From Paraspadella gotoi (taxonomy: Eukaryota > Animalia > Chaetognatha), in the NCBI GenBank assembly GCA_051294375.1, contig CM119270.1, forward strand, positions 4,022,301-4,086,300: a DNA stretch of 64,000 nucleotides. The letters run 5' to 3'. Positions 52,389-64,000 of the stretch are shown one piece after another. Made by a program: the position numbers and the translations under genes. The notes under the pieces were generated by a model. The model searched no databases, was not told where the DNA came from, and worked only from the letters and a program-made list of their open reading frames with translations. The stretch's first letter is position 1, and each line of letters starts with the position of its first letter.

Positions 52389-52658
52389 TCACTTCCTCCC
52401 ATTCGTCTGCCTCGTCACCGCCGCCACCGCCATAGCCGCGACGACGCAGGCTTGGCTGATCACCCGCAGCTGCATCAGGAACACCGACGCCTTCATCTCC
52501 CCACGCGACCGGAACTTGGCGGCGCCGAGCCCGATGACGCAGAGGGCGCCGAGGATGCCGACCGGCACCGCGGGATCCTCCTGGCACTTTTGAAGGAAGC
52601 GCGCGGTGCCGGTTTTGGGTTCGGGCTCGTCAGAGGGCTTGGAAGGCATGGGAGGCAT
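52389..52658 (-). CDS. HIGD1A: HIG1 (hypoxia-inducible gene) domain protein, HIGD1A-like, 89 aa, mitochondrial inner membrane
   Basis: ORF RFLQKCQEDPAVPVGILGALCVIGLGAAKFRSRGEMKASVFLMQLRVISQACVVAAMAV matches the HIG1 pattern (K..E.P.VPVG..G..TM..SRG..K.S..L...RV..Q..VV.AM). GC-rich island in AT-rich surroundings. AATAAA on - strand at 52315-52320. A pyrimidine tract plus CAG acceptor upstream (about 52677) suggests a further 5' exon. Exact paralog assignment is uncertain. Confidence 0.88.
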   Translation of the reverse strand: MPPMPSKPSDEPEPKTGTARFLQKCQEDPAVPVGILGALCVIGLGAAKFRSRGEMKASVFLMQLRVISQACVVAAMAVAAVTRQTNGRK

Positions 52659-52740
52659 GGGCAGGCATGGGAGGCCTGGCGAGGGGGGAGACAGGGTGAG
52701 GCGAGGAATGAAGAGAGGAGGAAAGGTGAGGGCGGATTGA

Positions 52741-52804
<64 letters not shown>

Positions 52805-53705
52805 TAGATAGATCTAGATAGATAGATAGACAGAGACCATATAATCGTCAAGGAAAACATAATTTTTTTTATATTAATAACAAAAAGGATATTAACATAA
52901 TTAATAAACAGTAACATTAATAGTAACGGTATCAATAACAGGATAAAAAGACTGGAACACAGTAAACAAATAAAAACTACACTGATCAAAAAAATAGAAC
53001 AAAAACCACTAACATCAAAACATATAACACTACTAAAATGTTAAAAACAACTTCATGAAAGAGCGTAAAAGCAAAAATCAATAACAAAGTCAAAAACAAA
53101 CGTTAAACAAAGGAACAAAGGAAAACATAAACGATCCCGATTTACCCTCTAAGACGAGTCAAGACATCTTGGTTAATTCTTTCTCAATGAATTCGAAGCT
53201 GAAATCTGGTAAGGAACGATTTTAAAACTGAGAGGGAAGCGGAGAACGAAAGTAGAAGTCGACGTCTCTTTGAGAAATCTTAGAATTTTTTTTCAATAGA
53301 GTTTTTCGTTCGAATCTGACTACCAAACTTCATAAACGCCCTGGGGAAAGATTGCTGTGAAAAATAGATGTAAAAACGCACGATTCCCATGATGTTGCGT
53401 CTGAAGAGCTCGCTTTTTTTTTCTCTTAGTAATTGACCAACTTTTTTGATATCGAACAAGTCAGATTCGGCAAAAATATTGAATAGAGAAAATATTACTT
53501 AACTCACTCACTCACTCACTTTTCACTTTTCCTTTCCATTTCTAATTTTCACCTATTAATCTAATTTAATCATTTCCATTATTAGCAATAATAATATTCA
53601 CCAATCCAACTTTAGTTTACTTATTTATTTTTTTATCTTTGTTGTACATTGTCTAATGTAATGATTCACAAATGTTAACCTCTGCTTCTCTCTCTCTCTC
53701 TCTCT

Positions 53706-53826
<121 letters not shown>

Positions 53827-54424
53827 AAATCTATTTGTAAAGTGAATAGAATTTTAAACGTAAAATAATATAAATGCTTTATCAAATGAAAGACGATGTG
53901 AAAGAGAATGTGGGAGAGAAGAAGTGAACGGAAATGTCAAGGGCGAAGAGGAGGAAGGAGACTCGAGCCGCGATGGCGACGCAGGGACGCACGGACGCGG
54001 AACGACGGACCGTGACCGGGAGTTAATGGGGCCTCGCGACGCTTTTTCAGACGCCGCACGTACGAACGACTCGTGGAGGCACGTACACTGTCCGACCAGG
54101 GAAAAAGTTTTCATAATTCCGACAAGGAGAGAAGGAAAAATATTTTGGGATTTTTTGTGATTGAAAATCCGATGGAAATTTGAAAATGAACATTGAATTA
54201 AAAATTGACAGTAAAGAAATAAAATTATAATGTAAACAAAATTTGAAAACTGAATTGTCAATCCTTCTTACATCGGTTCGTAAATACTGCTACGTCTAAA
54301 AATACAAAGTAAAATAGTACATTTTTTGAAAAAGACGTTTAATTACTAATACATTCCTAAAGGCATTTTTTTTTACTCACCCTGTATCGTTTTGGCACTT
54401 TGCTGTCAGTTCCGCTTCCCATGC

Positions 54425-54618
54425 GATCCCCGTCCATCTATAACCGCCCTTCTATCCCAACATCAATTCCCCGCCATGATCCCCACCCTCTATCCCAACA
54501 ATCGATCTCAACATTGATCCCACCCGTCGATCCCAGCCCATCTATCCCTGCCCATCGATCCCCATCCATCGAACCCCACCCGTCGATCCCCACCCATCAT
54601 CCCCGCCCATCAATTCCC
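54425..54618. repeat. Degenerate 14-bp tandem repeat (ATCCCCACCCRTCG)
   Basis: Successive units such as ATCCCACCCGTCG, ATCCCTGCCCATCG, ATCCCCATCCATCG and AACCCCACCCGTCG. Confidence 0.75.
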
Positions 54619-54852
54619 GTCGGCGACTTTGTCCCGTCTATTTTTGCCCAGTTTTTTTTTCCAACGATTCGATCGTTTTTGTCCGAGTGAGGGAGAGTAG
54701 TGGGGGACAAGGGTCGAGATAGGGGTATAAAAAATGGGAGGTGACCCCGAAATGCCATTGCCACGACGCAGATTTTATTTTTTTTGTGGACGAACAACAA
54801 GGCACGACCTTTTTTGATTAGCCTCCCATCAAGAGAACCGAGCGAGGTCATT

Positions 54853-54946
<94 letters not shown>

Positions 54947-56725
54947 CTCTCTTTTTCGGCCACGTACACCATTCTCCGCTTCTCCGAATCCTTTTTCTCA
55001 ATCAAATCTTGTTCAACTCTTTTTTTTTCTTAAAACGTCTTAATGCAGCTTTACGAGAAAAGCCTTCGCAGCAAAGAGTTTATCAATCAGATCAACGCCT
55101 CGACAACTTTCTGGTAACAGCACTATCTAAATAATTTAGTTTAGTTAACAGAGATAGTACAGAAATTTTATTAGAAAACTTGAGTATCAATTGATTACTC
55201 AAAATGTTGAAAAAGGCGCTAAGTTGGCTAAAGTGATTTTCCCCATATCTTCTTAACTTCTTCTACCAGTTGTTCTTGAAGGGTCGCTCATCTCCAAGGC
55301 GGTTTACGAGATTCCAGAGAACAATGTATATTATAAATGGTAGACAGCTGGGTGAAACCTTGGCAAAACCCGCTATAGAAGCCCTCAGATTGTAACCCAG
55401 CCCTTATTTTGTTTTCTTTTCCTTTCTTTTCCTTTCTTTTCTTTTCTTTTCTTTCTTTTCTTTCTTTTCTTTCTTTTCTTTTCTTTCTTTTCTTTTCTTT
55501 TCTTTCTTTTCTTTTCTTTTCTTCTCTTTTCTTATCTTTTATTTTATTTCTTTTTTTGCCTTCTTTTTTTTTTTCCCCTTTTAGCTTCTTTTCTTTTCAG
55601 ATCTCAGGAAAAAAAAATCCCTTCGCCACTCTGAGCACCCTACGGTCCAAGATGCCCAGCCAGAGACTCCGAAGACGACGACGACGACGACGAAGACGAT
55701 GACAACGACGACGAAGACGACAACGACGACGACGACGAAAAAAATCCCCGCGCATGGCGAGTCCATTATTACAGCAAAGCATTCATAAATCCTTTTTCCC
55801 GTAGTCTTCGGGTTAAAAAAGAGGGAAACCCCCCTCTGGCTGCTACGGAGAAGACGCGGCTGCTGAGACGACAAGGCTGCTGCGGCCGCTGCGCACTCTC
55901 TGGGAATCCTGCGGCCCTGCGACTTCGGCTGGTTTTTTTTTTTGCTGCATGCTGTCGCGGTTGGTCGACGTAGTTTTCTTGTTTTCGTTATTTATGTTGT
56001 TGTTGGAATTCTTCTTTTTTTTTTTTTTGAAACGACCTCGTTGGTTGACTTCCTAGTAAACGTTGTGTTGTTGTCGTTTTTTTGTCAGTAAAACGACTAT
56101 TTTAAAATCTTTATTAAGGATGACGTCGACTTTCCCAGGTTGCGCTGTTTTCTTTCCTCTCCTCGGAGTCGTGTCTTATCGTCGTTGTCATCTCTTTTCT
56201 TCGTCATCGTGATTGTCATCATTGTCTTCGTCGTTGTCATCCTTTTTGACTTTTCCATCAGAATCATTGTGATTGTCTTTGGTCATCGTCGTCATCCTGT
56301 TTTGTACTTCATCATCGTGATGTCATCGTTTTCTTCGTCGTCGTTGTCATCTCTGTCAACTTCTCGATGTTGTCTTCGTCCGTTGTCATCTCTTTCTCAT
56401 TGTGGATCATTGTCGTCGTCGTCGTTTCATCGTCTCTAAAAAATGCTTTCGTTTTGATTAATTTCTTCTTGGACGATTTTGCTCCGGGATCCTTTTTATG
56501 CTAACCCCGACGTGAGCGTCGCCATGGGCGGATGGAATATTAATTGCGCCACTCTCTCTCTCTCTCTCTCTCCTCTCTCCCTCTCTCTCTCTCCTCTCTC
56601 TCCTCTCTCTCTTTTTTTTTTTTTTTTTTTTTTTCTCTCTCTCTTTTTTTTCTCTTCTCTCTTTCTTTCTTCTCTCTCTCTCCTCTCCTCTCTCTCTCTC
56701 TCTCTCTCTCTTCTCTTCTCTTTTT

Positions 56726-56809
<84 letters not shown>

Positions 56810-56875
56810 CCTTGCTGTGCTACAGCGAAATCCGCAGTTGTGACGCATCGCTATCTACTCTCTCTTCTCTCTCTG

Positions 56876-56930
<55 letters not shown>

Positions 56931-57357
56931 AGAATTTTATGGTTCAAATCGCCAATTTACTTTTTTTTGACGGATTTAATGCGAACAAAAAATTATAACA
57001 TATTTAATAAGACTGTCTAAATCGAGGCAGGATATCATGTTTATTAAATGATTGTATGTAATCACTAGTTGTTTTAGCAATTTATAACATAAAACAAAAA
57101 ATAACAAATAACCCTATTCACCTTATGTTCCCATTTGTTATGAAGGTTATTACGTCGCGTCTCGAGAGATTTTGTTTTCCTTTTGTTTCTTTGTTTTGTT
57201 TTCATCGTTTTCTTCACTCCCTTTACTCTCCATAACTCGACCGCGTCTATTACATTTTTTACATCGTCTAGTTGTTGTTGTTGTAGTTGGGAGGCCATTA
57301 TCGCTTCATGCCTCCCTTCCTTTCGTTGACCTCGCGGATGATGAAAGGAAAATGGAT

Positions 57358-57459
<102 letters not shown>

Positions 57460-57747
57460 TTTTTCTTTCTTCTTTGTGCAGAGCGCAGATTTTCTTCCTC
57501 ACACGTCCTTCATTCTCTCTCCTTCTCTTTCTCTTGCGTCCCAATCTGTATCATTGCCCTTACTGTCTCCCTACCCTCTCTTTTTTTCCTTTCTTATCTC
57601 TTCTCTCTCCCCCCCTTTTTCTCTCCCTTTTCTTTTTTTTTTTTCTTACTCTCTTTTTCTCTTTTCATTCTCTTTTCCCTCCTCCTTTGTTTCCTTTTCA
57701 TTCTCTTTTACCCTCCCTTCTCTTTCCTCTTCTTCTCTCTCTCTCTA

Positions 57748-57806
<59 letters not shown>

Positions 57807-58005
57807 TCTCTCTCTCTTCCTCTTCCCCCTCCGCCTCCCTTTCGCACCCATCCTCGTTGAGAATATGATAATCGTAAAATGAAGATGCGCGCCCGGGATG
57901 TAAAAACCTGCCGCTAATCTTTGTGCTTGTAATCTCCTATGCAGATGTTTATGCTGACGCCTTATGCTAATTTTTATGCTTTTTCGTCGTCGTTCGTCGT
58001 CGTCG

Positions 58006-58036
<31 letters not shown>

Positions 58037-58459
58037 TTCGAAAGTAGACATCGTTTTCTGCAGGATTCAGGGAAAAGAAAGAAGAAAAAAAGGAAAAAAG
58101 AAAAGAAAAAAGAAAGAAGAAAAGTGAAAAAGAAAGAAAAAAAAGAAGAAAAGTGAGGGAAAAAGAAAGAAAAAGAAAGAAGAAAGTGAAAAAAAGAAGA
58201 AGAGTTGCGGGGAGTGGGTGGATTGAGACAGAGCGGGAATTCCATATTTGGGGGGAGAGAAAGAGAAACAGGAAGGAGGGGAAGTTTTAAAACTTTGATA
58301 AAAATAATATGAAGAAGGAAGGAGTAAAGATTTAGGGAAATATTAACTAGAATTAAAGATGCTAGTAAAATTTAGGCTCTCTTACCCAAAGTGCCCATTT
58401 CTGTTTTGTTTATCCCAGAATTTAAGCCCTACTCTAATTCAAAGTTTAACATGATTCTG

Positions 58460-58542
58460 AACTCTAACCCTAACCCTACCCTAAACACTAACGCCTAATT
58501 TTAAACCCTAACCCCTAACCTTAACCATGATCCCTAACCCTG
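58460..58542. repeat. Degenerate (CCCTAA)n telomere-like tract
   Basis: CTAACCCTAACCCTACCCTAAAC...CCCTAACCCCTAACCTTAACC...CCCTAACCC; a similar TTAGGG-like tract occurs at about 4892-4966. Confidence 0.6.
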
Positions 58543-58904
58543 ATCCAATTAATTACTTGCTAACCAAATCAAAAATTGCAAGAACTATGGGGATTATTTA
58601 CTAATGTAATTGATAATTTTACATATTACGTCTGTATTTAATAGGGAAAGAGAGCAGCCAAATTGCCAAAATGCAAAATATATAAACAGCTTGTATTGCG
58701 CGTTCGGAAATATTAATATTTTCGCCGTTATGATTCGCTGTCGTCGTCGTCGTCGTTGTTGTCATCGTCGTCGTTGCGCGAATTCGCTGCCACGCCCACC
58801 ATTCTGTTTTCGTCGTTGTTGTCTCATTCTTTCGCTCATTTCCGTCGACTCGATCTTGTAAACACAAAAAAGGGCAACGCAATCGCGACGTGGGACGTTG
58901 GAGA

Positions 58905-59120
58905 GACGATGAAGACAACGACGACGACGATGATGACGATGAAGACGACGACGATGAAGATGACGACGATGATGACGATGAAGATGACGACGACGATGAA
59001 GATGACGACGATGATGACGACGATGAAGATGACGACGATGACGACGATGAGATGACGGACGACCGACTACGATGATGACGATGAAGATGACGACGATGAT
59101 GACGATGAAGATGAAGACGA
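58905..59120. repeat. (GAT/GAC/GAA) trinucleotide low-complexity repeat, mirrored at about 63405-63735
   Basis: Repeated GATGAAGATGACGACGATGATGAC units. Confidence 0.9.
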
Positions 59121-59245
59121 CAGTGAAGAAAAGTGGATATGATTGAATGATATTTTCATAGGTCATTTATTTTCATATCGAATAAGTTAAATTTTAATTG
59201 TATAAAATATTAATATTTTAACTTCATTTTAGCTTACTTGAAAAT

Positions 59246-59299
<54 letters not shown>

Positions 59300-59552
59300 G
59301 TTAGAAGTGAGGACAGTTTAAAGGAAAGACAGGCAGATTGAGAAGGTTTGAAAGTCATTTGGGGAAGCGATGAGGTCAGGTAAAAAAATGTCTGGTTTTT
59401 TTTTTTAAAATAAAAAACCTGTTGTTTTTAAACAAATAAACTTTGCTTTCTCTTTGACATGAAAGATGACATTTATTAACGTCCTCACCGTTAGATTATT
59501 TGAACTGTTTTACACTAAAATCACTATAATGAAGTTTGATTCGTTACGTTAT

Positions 59553-61748
59553 GACACAATGAAAAATACGTGGCGTTACTGTCTCGTGCTGATTTTGCCT
59601 TTAAAATTGTTTCTGAGCCAAATTAATTGATTATTCCTTTGGTAATATGTGCGATATACACTACTGGACATTACTGTGTCTGACATAACCCTTGACCATT
59701 AACAAAAAAAGCTAACTGGATCAAAAATAGTAAAAAATATGAAGCAATTAGCTCGAAACGCTTACAAAATTTTAGACCATTGCTTTTATAAATGCAAAAA
59801 AAATATTAATATTATTAAAAACAAAACTTTAACGATAACTTAATAGTTAACCGAGACCAAGATGAATATTTTTTACCATCATTTCCTTCAATTTATATGA
59901 ATCATATGTGTGTAATTAGTCAATTAATCTAAATAACAATATGACAAATTCATTTTCAATTTTTTTTATGAATGGGAAGTTTTCTCTGCTTACTCCCCTT
60001 GTGTCTAATATCTATATTTTAGAGGTATTTCCAAAACCTTATATAATTATTATATTTTTCACTTTTTTTCAATCTTTCAAACAAAACAACATCATAAAAA
60101 CATTTTAAATTAATAAAAAAAAATTGATTGAATGATTTTGGAAAAAAATATTTTGAAACTTGAGAATAATGGATTTTGAGTTAGGAAAAAATTTTGCAAT
60201 TCTAAAAAAATCAGCCTCTAGCCTTTCAATTTTTCAGAGGCTGATTTTTTTTATTTTTTTGATATTTTGATTTTCCTATGCAAAACCATTATTCTCATGA
60301 GCATAGGTTGGAAAAATTTTTTTCCACAATTTAAAAATTTCAACGTTTTTAATTAGGCTTTTTTTAAGGAAATAAATAAATCAATTATTATACAATGGGT
60401 ACATCTGAAAGTGATATGTCTCTAAATGAAAAAAAAATTTTCTTCAAGTTTTATTTTAAATTTAAGTATTGTATCAATAGAAATAAGTGAAGATACTCCC
60501 GCTTTGCAAAATTTTTATTAACAAAGATTTGTACTGCGTAGTTTGAAAAAAATTATTTTTTAAATAACTTTGAAAGAAAAGAGCTAGCAAGATGGGTGTG
60601 GTATCAATTAAAAGCCTAATCATGGGACACCTTTCTAAAAAAGTTTATTAAATTAAATCCATAAATTTTTATAACAGCTTTTGTTTAAATCAGAGTTAAA
60701 AAGTATAACAGTTTTTCTTTAAAATTTCAATGAAGGCATATGAATTTTTTATTTTCTTTTGTAATTGAAAAAGGAAAGACTGAATTACATTTTGATTATT
60801 ATTAAATTTTCTTTATTCCATAAACTGCTTATATTCTTTAAGTTAAGTAAAAAACAAGCAAAAATTTAGGTTGTAGCTTTGATAAAATGTTTTTTAAAAT
60901 ATCAAAAATGATAAATACAAAAATGTTTTCAGCTTGATAATGCAACAGTCTAGACATCTACCTTTTTGTCTGTGAAAAAAAATTAGCATTTTTCATTATC
61001 TTTAACTGCAACTAAAAGCTTGACACACTGCTTGTTTAATCATAATAAAGTTTTAAAAAAATATATACTGGCAATATATTTGACAAAGCAAGACATCATT
61101 GTGTTAAATTGTATGATAATTTCTTTTAATATAGCAAGAATTTAATTCTATTATCTATTATCCATTTTATTAATAAAAAATATTTCTCGTAATAGGCCCA
61201 TAGAAAGGGTACATGACCTGACTTAATGATGAATTTTTTAGATATCTTTACTGCTTCCATTTCACAAGATATAAAAGTTCATGGTTATCATGTCAGTAAG
61301 TCCAGATTATCTGTACCCTTATACAACCTGCATTCTGAATTTTCTTTTTTTCCCTTTCAAATGTATTAAATAAAAAAAATTATTTGAGAGACAATCGGCG
61401 TGAGGATGCCATTGGTAAGCCTTAGTTACCCCACTTCCGATCGAATTTTTAAATGAGGTTTTTTTTCCATCTATTTGAGACATAACACTAACTATTGGTA
61501 CTATTATTTTTTTTTATTTTTTTCTATTACAATCTAGAATAAATATGAATAATAACTTTTTAAAAAAACTTATCATCTTTCACCCTATATTTGTCTATCT
61601 AAAAAACAAAAAAAGATTTTGCATTGATATTTTGGATATCGACATATGAACTATAATGTTTCAAAAAAATAAAAAGAAATTATAGTAATATTGAACAGTG
61701 AAATTTTTTATGCACGGAACAGTAACGCCACGTATTTTTCATTGTGTC
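59553..61748. mobile_element. Non-autonomous TIR DNA transposon (2196 bp), 37-bp TIRs, 3-bp TAT TSD, superfamily unassigned
   Basis: Left TIR GACACAATGAAAAATACGTGGCGTTACTGTCTCGTGC (59553-59589); right TIR 61712-61748 is its reverse complement (first 30 bp perfect, 2 mismatches in 37). TAT at 59550-59552 and 61749-61751. The inverted copy shows the empty site (reverse complement of 62901-62930 = TGATTCGTTACGT-TAT-GTTATTTTT). AT-rich, no long ORF. Confidence 0.9.
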
Positions 61749-62236
61749 TATGTTTATTTTTAATTTTTTTTATATTCCCTGACTTCGTCGATCCTAACTG
61801 AAAATCGGATTCTTGAATACAAACAAGATATATATAAACATAAATGTAGAAAATAAAAACAAAAACAAACAAACCAAAAACGGAATTTAACTAACAATTC
61901 CAGCATCAGAGAGAGGATTCATCGTCGTAGTCTTTCCACTTTGGAAAATCGAATCCGAATAAATGATTGGAGAAAGCGATGGAATCCTCTGGCGGGGCGC
62001 GGCGGCGCGGCGGCGGCGGCGACTCCTCCAGGGAACAACTTCAGAGTCTCTGTAGTCGTGATCGTCGGCGGATTGTTGTTGTATTGTCGTGGGTGAGTTT
62101 GTGTGTGTTTGTTGTTTGTTGTTATTGTTGTGTTGTTATCACTCGTCAGTATAAATGTTTATGTTGCTGAGTTTTTTGTTGTCTTTGTAATTGGTATTGT
62201 TATCGTTGTTGTAGTTGCCCTGTTAACTGAACGTCG

Positions 62237-62325
62237 TTTGAAGTCCTTGATTGGAGGCACTCGACCAATCACCTTTTTCCCGCGAATTTTGTTTGAAACC
62301 GACGAGTCACGAGTTGGCGCGGAAT
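62237..62325. promoter_or_regulatory. Candidate cell-cycle-type promoter cluster (CHR, CCAAT and E2F-like motifs)
   Basis: TTTGAA at 62237-62242 and 62292-62297, ATTGG at 62250-62254, CCAAT at 62265-62269, TTTCCCGC at 62276-62283, TTGGCGCG at 62314-62321. Confidence 0.4.
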
Positions 62326-62337
62326 CGCGGAGTCGCT

Positions 62338-62377
<40 letters not shown>

Positions 62378-62402
62378 NNNNNNNNNNNNNNNNNNNNNNN
62401 NN

Positions 62403-62635
62403 CCAATCCAGGACTTCAAACGACGTTCATTTAACAGCAACTACAACAACGATAACAATACCAATTACAAAGACAACAAAAAACTCAGCAACATAAACAT
62501 TAATACTGACGAGTGATAACAACACAACAATAACAACAAACAACAACCACAACAAACTCACCCACGACAATAACAACAACAATCCGCCGACGATCACGAC
62601 TACCAAGAGACTCTGAAGTTGTTCCCTGGAGGAGT

Positions 62636-62674
<39 letters not shown>

Positions 62675-64000
62675 GAGGATTCCATCGCTTCTTCCAACTC
62701 ATTTATTCCGGATTCGATTTTCCAAAGTGGAAAAGACGACGACGATGAATCCTCTCTCTGATGCTGGAATTGTTAGTTAAATTCCGTTTTTGGTTTGTTT
62801 GTTTTTGTTTTATTTTGTACATTTATTGTTTATATATATCTTGTTGTATTCAAAGAATCCGATTTTCAGTTAGGATCGACGAACGTCAGGGAATATAAAA
62901 AAATTAAAAATAACATAACGTAACGAATCAAACTTCATTTATAGTGATTTTAGTGTAAAACAGTTCAAATAATCTAACGGTGAGGACGTTTAATAAAATG
63001 TCATCTTTCATGTCAAAGAGAAAGCAAAGTTTATTTGTTTACAAACAACAGGTTTTTTATTTAAAAAAAAAAACCAGACATTTTTTTNNNNNNNNNNNNN
63101 NNNNNNNNNNNNNNNNNNNNNNNNNNNNNNNNNNNNNNNNNNNNNNNNNNNNNNNNNNNNNNNNNNNNNNNNNNNNNNNNNNNNNNNNNNNNNNNNNNNN
63201 NNNNNNNNNNNNNNNNNNNNNNNNNNNNNNNNNNNNNNNNNNNNNNNNNNNNNNNNNNNNNNNNNNNNNNNNNNNNNNNNNNNNNNNNNNNNNNNNNNNN
63301 NNNNNNNNNNNNNNNNNNNNNNNNNNNNNNNNNNNNNAACTTATTCGATATGAAAATAAATGACCTATGAAAATATCAATTCAATCATATCCAACTTTTC
63401 TTCACTGTCGTCTTCATCTTCATCGTCATCATCGTCGTCATCTTCATCGTCATCATNNNNNNNNNNNNNNNNNNNNNNNNNNNNNNNNNNNNNNNNNNNN
63501 NNNNNNNNNNNNNNNNNNNNNNNNNNNNNNNNNNNNNNNNNNNNNNNNNNNNNNNNNNNNNNNNNNNNNNNNNNNNNNNNNNNNNNNNNNNNNNNNNNNN
63601 NNNNNNNNNNNNNNNNNNNNNNNNNNNNNNNNNNNNNNNNNNCATCGTCGTCGTCATCTTCATCGTCATCATCGTCGTCATCTTCATCGTCGTCGTCTTC
63701 ATCGTCATCATCGTCGTCGTCGTTGTCTTCATCGTCTCTCCAACGTCCCACGTCGCGATTGCGTTGCCCTTTTGTGTTTACAAGATCGAGTCGACCGGAA
63801 ATGAGGCGAAAGAATGAAGACAACAACGACGAAAACAAGAATGGTGGGCGTGGCGACGATTTCGCGGCAAACGACGACGATGACAACAACGACGACGACG
63901 ACGACAGCGAATCATAAACGGCGAAAATATTAATATTTCGAACGCGCAATACAAGCTGTTTATATATATTGGCATTTGGCAATTTGGCTGCTCTCTCTTC
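62403..64000 (-). other. Inverted duplicate of about 58645-62254, lacking the 2.2-kb transposon; probable haplotig scaffolded in reverse orientation
   Basis: Mirror-image similarity across the 25-N gap at 62378-62402 (62403-62447 versus 62207-62254; 63961-64000 versus 58646-58685). Confidence 0.85.

Noticed and set aside
58460-58542. True telomere or chromosome fusion site
   Set aside because: Short and degenerate; such TAACCC tracts are common inside invertebrate repeats.
58756-59166. Poly-Asp/Glu or poly-Thr/Met ORFs
   Set aside because: Simple trinucleotide repeat without supporting splice structure or homology.

Overview
AT-rich, microsatellite-laden animal (invertebrate-like) genomic DNA from a draft assembly that appears to have been gap-filled with uncorrected long reads. 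Evidence: six gaps of exactly 25 N, scattered 1-bp indels and several noisy duplicate blocks. Two genes are well supported: a six-exon failed axon connections (Fax/FAXC, metaxin/GST-like) gene on + (2016-4702) and a HIG1-domain gene on - (52389-52658). About 17 kb is a 40-bp CpG-phased satellite assembled twice; its giant minus-strand ORFs are artefacts. The duplicate blocks expose two non-autonomous DNA transposons next to their empty sites: a 1.3-kb hAT-like element with an 8-bp TSD and a 2.2-kb element with 37-bp TIRs and a TAT TSD. Both carry long internal palindromes. Two different short solo-LTR-like elements sit in FAXC introns, both at ATAG target sites. There are also two head-to-head (fold-back) repeat arrays and a candidate E2F/CHR/CCAAT cell-cycle promoter. 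I see no convincing new multi-gene system; the best leads are in mobile-element and satellite biology.
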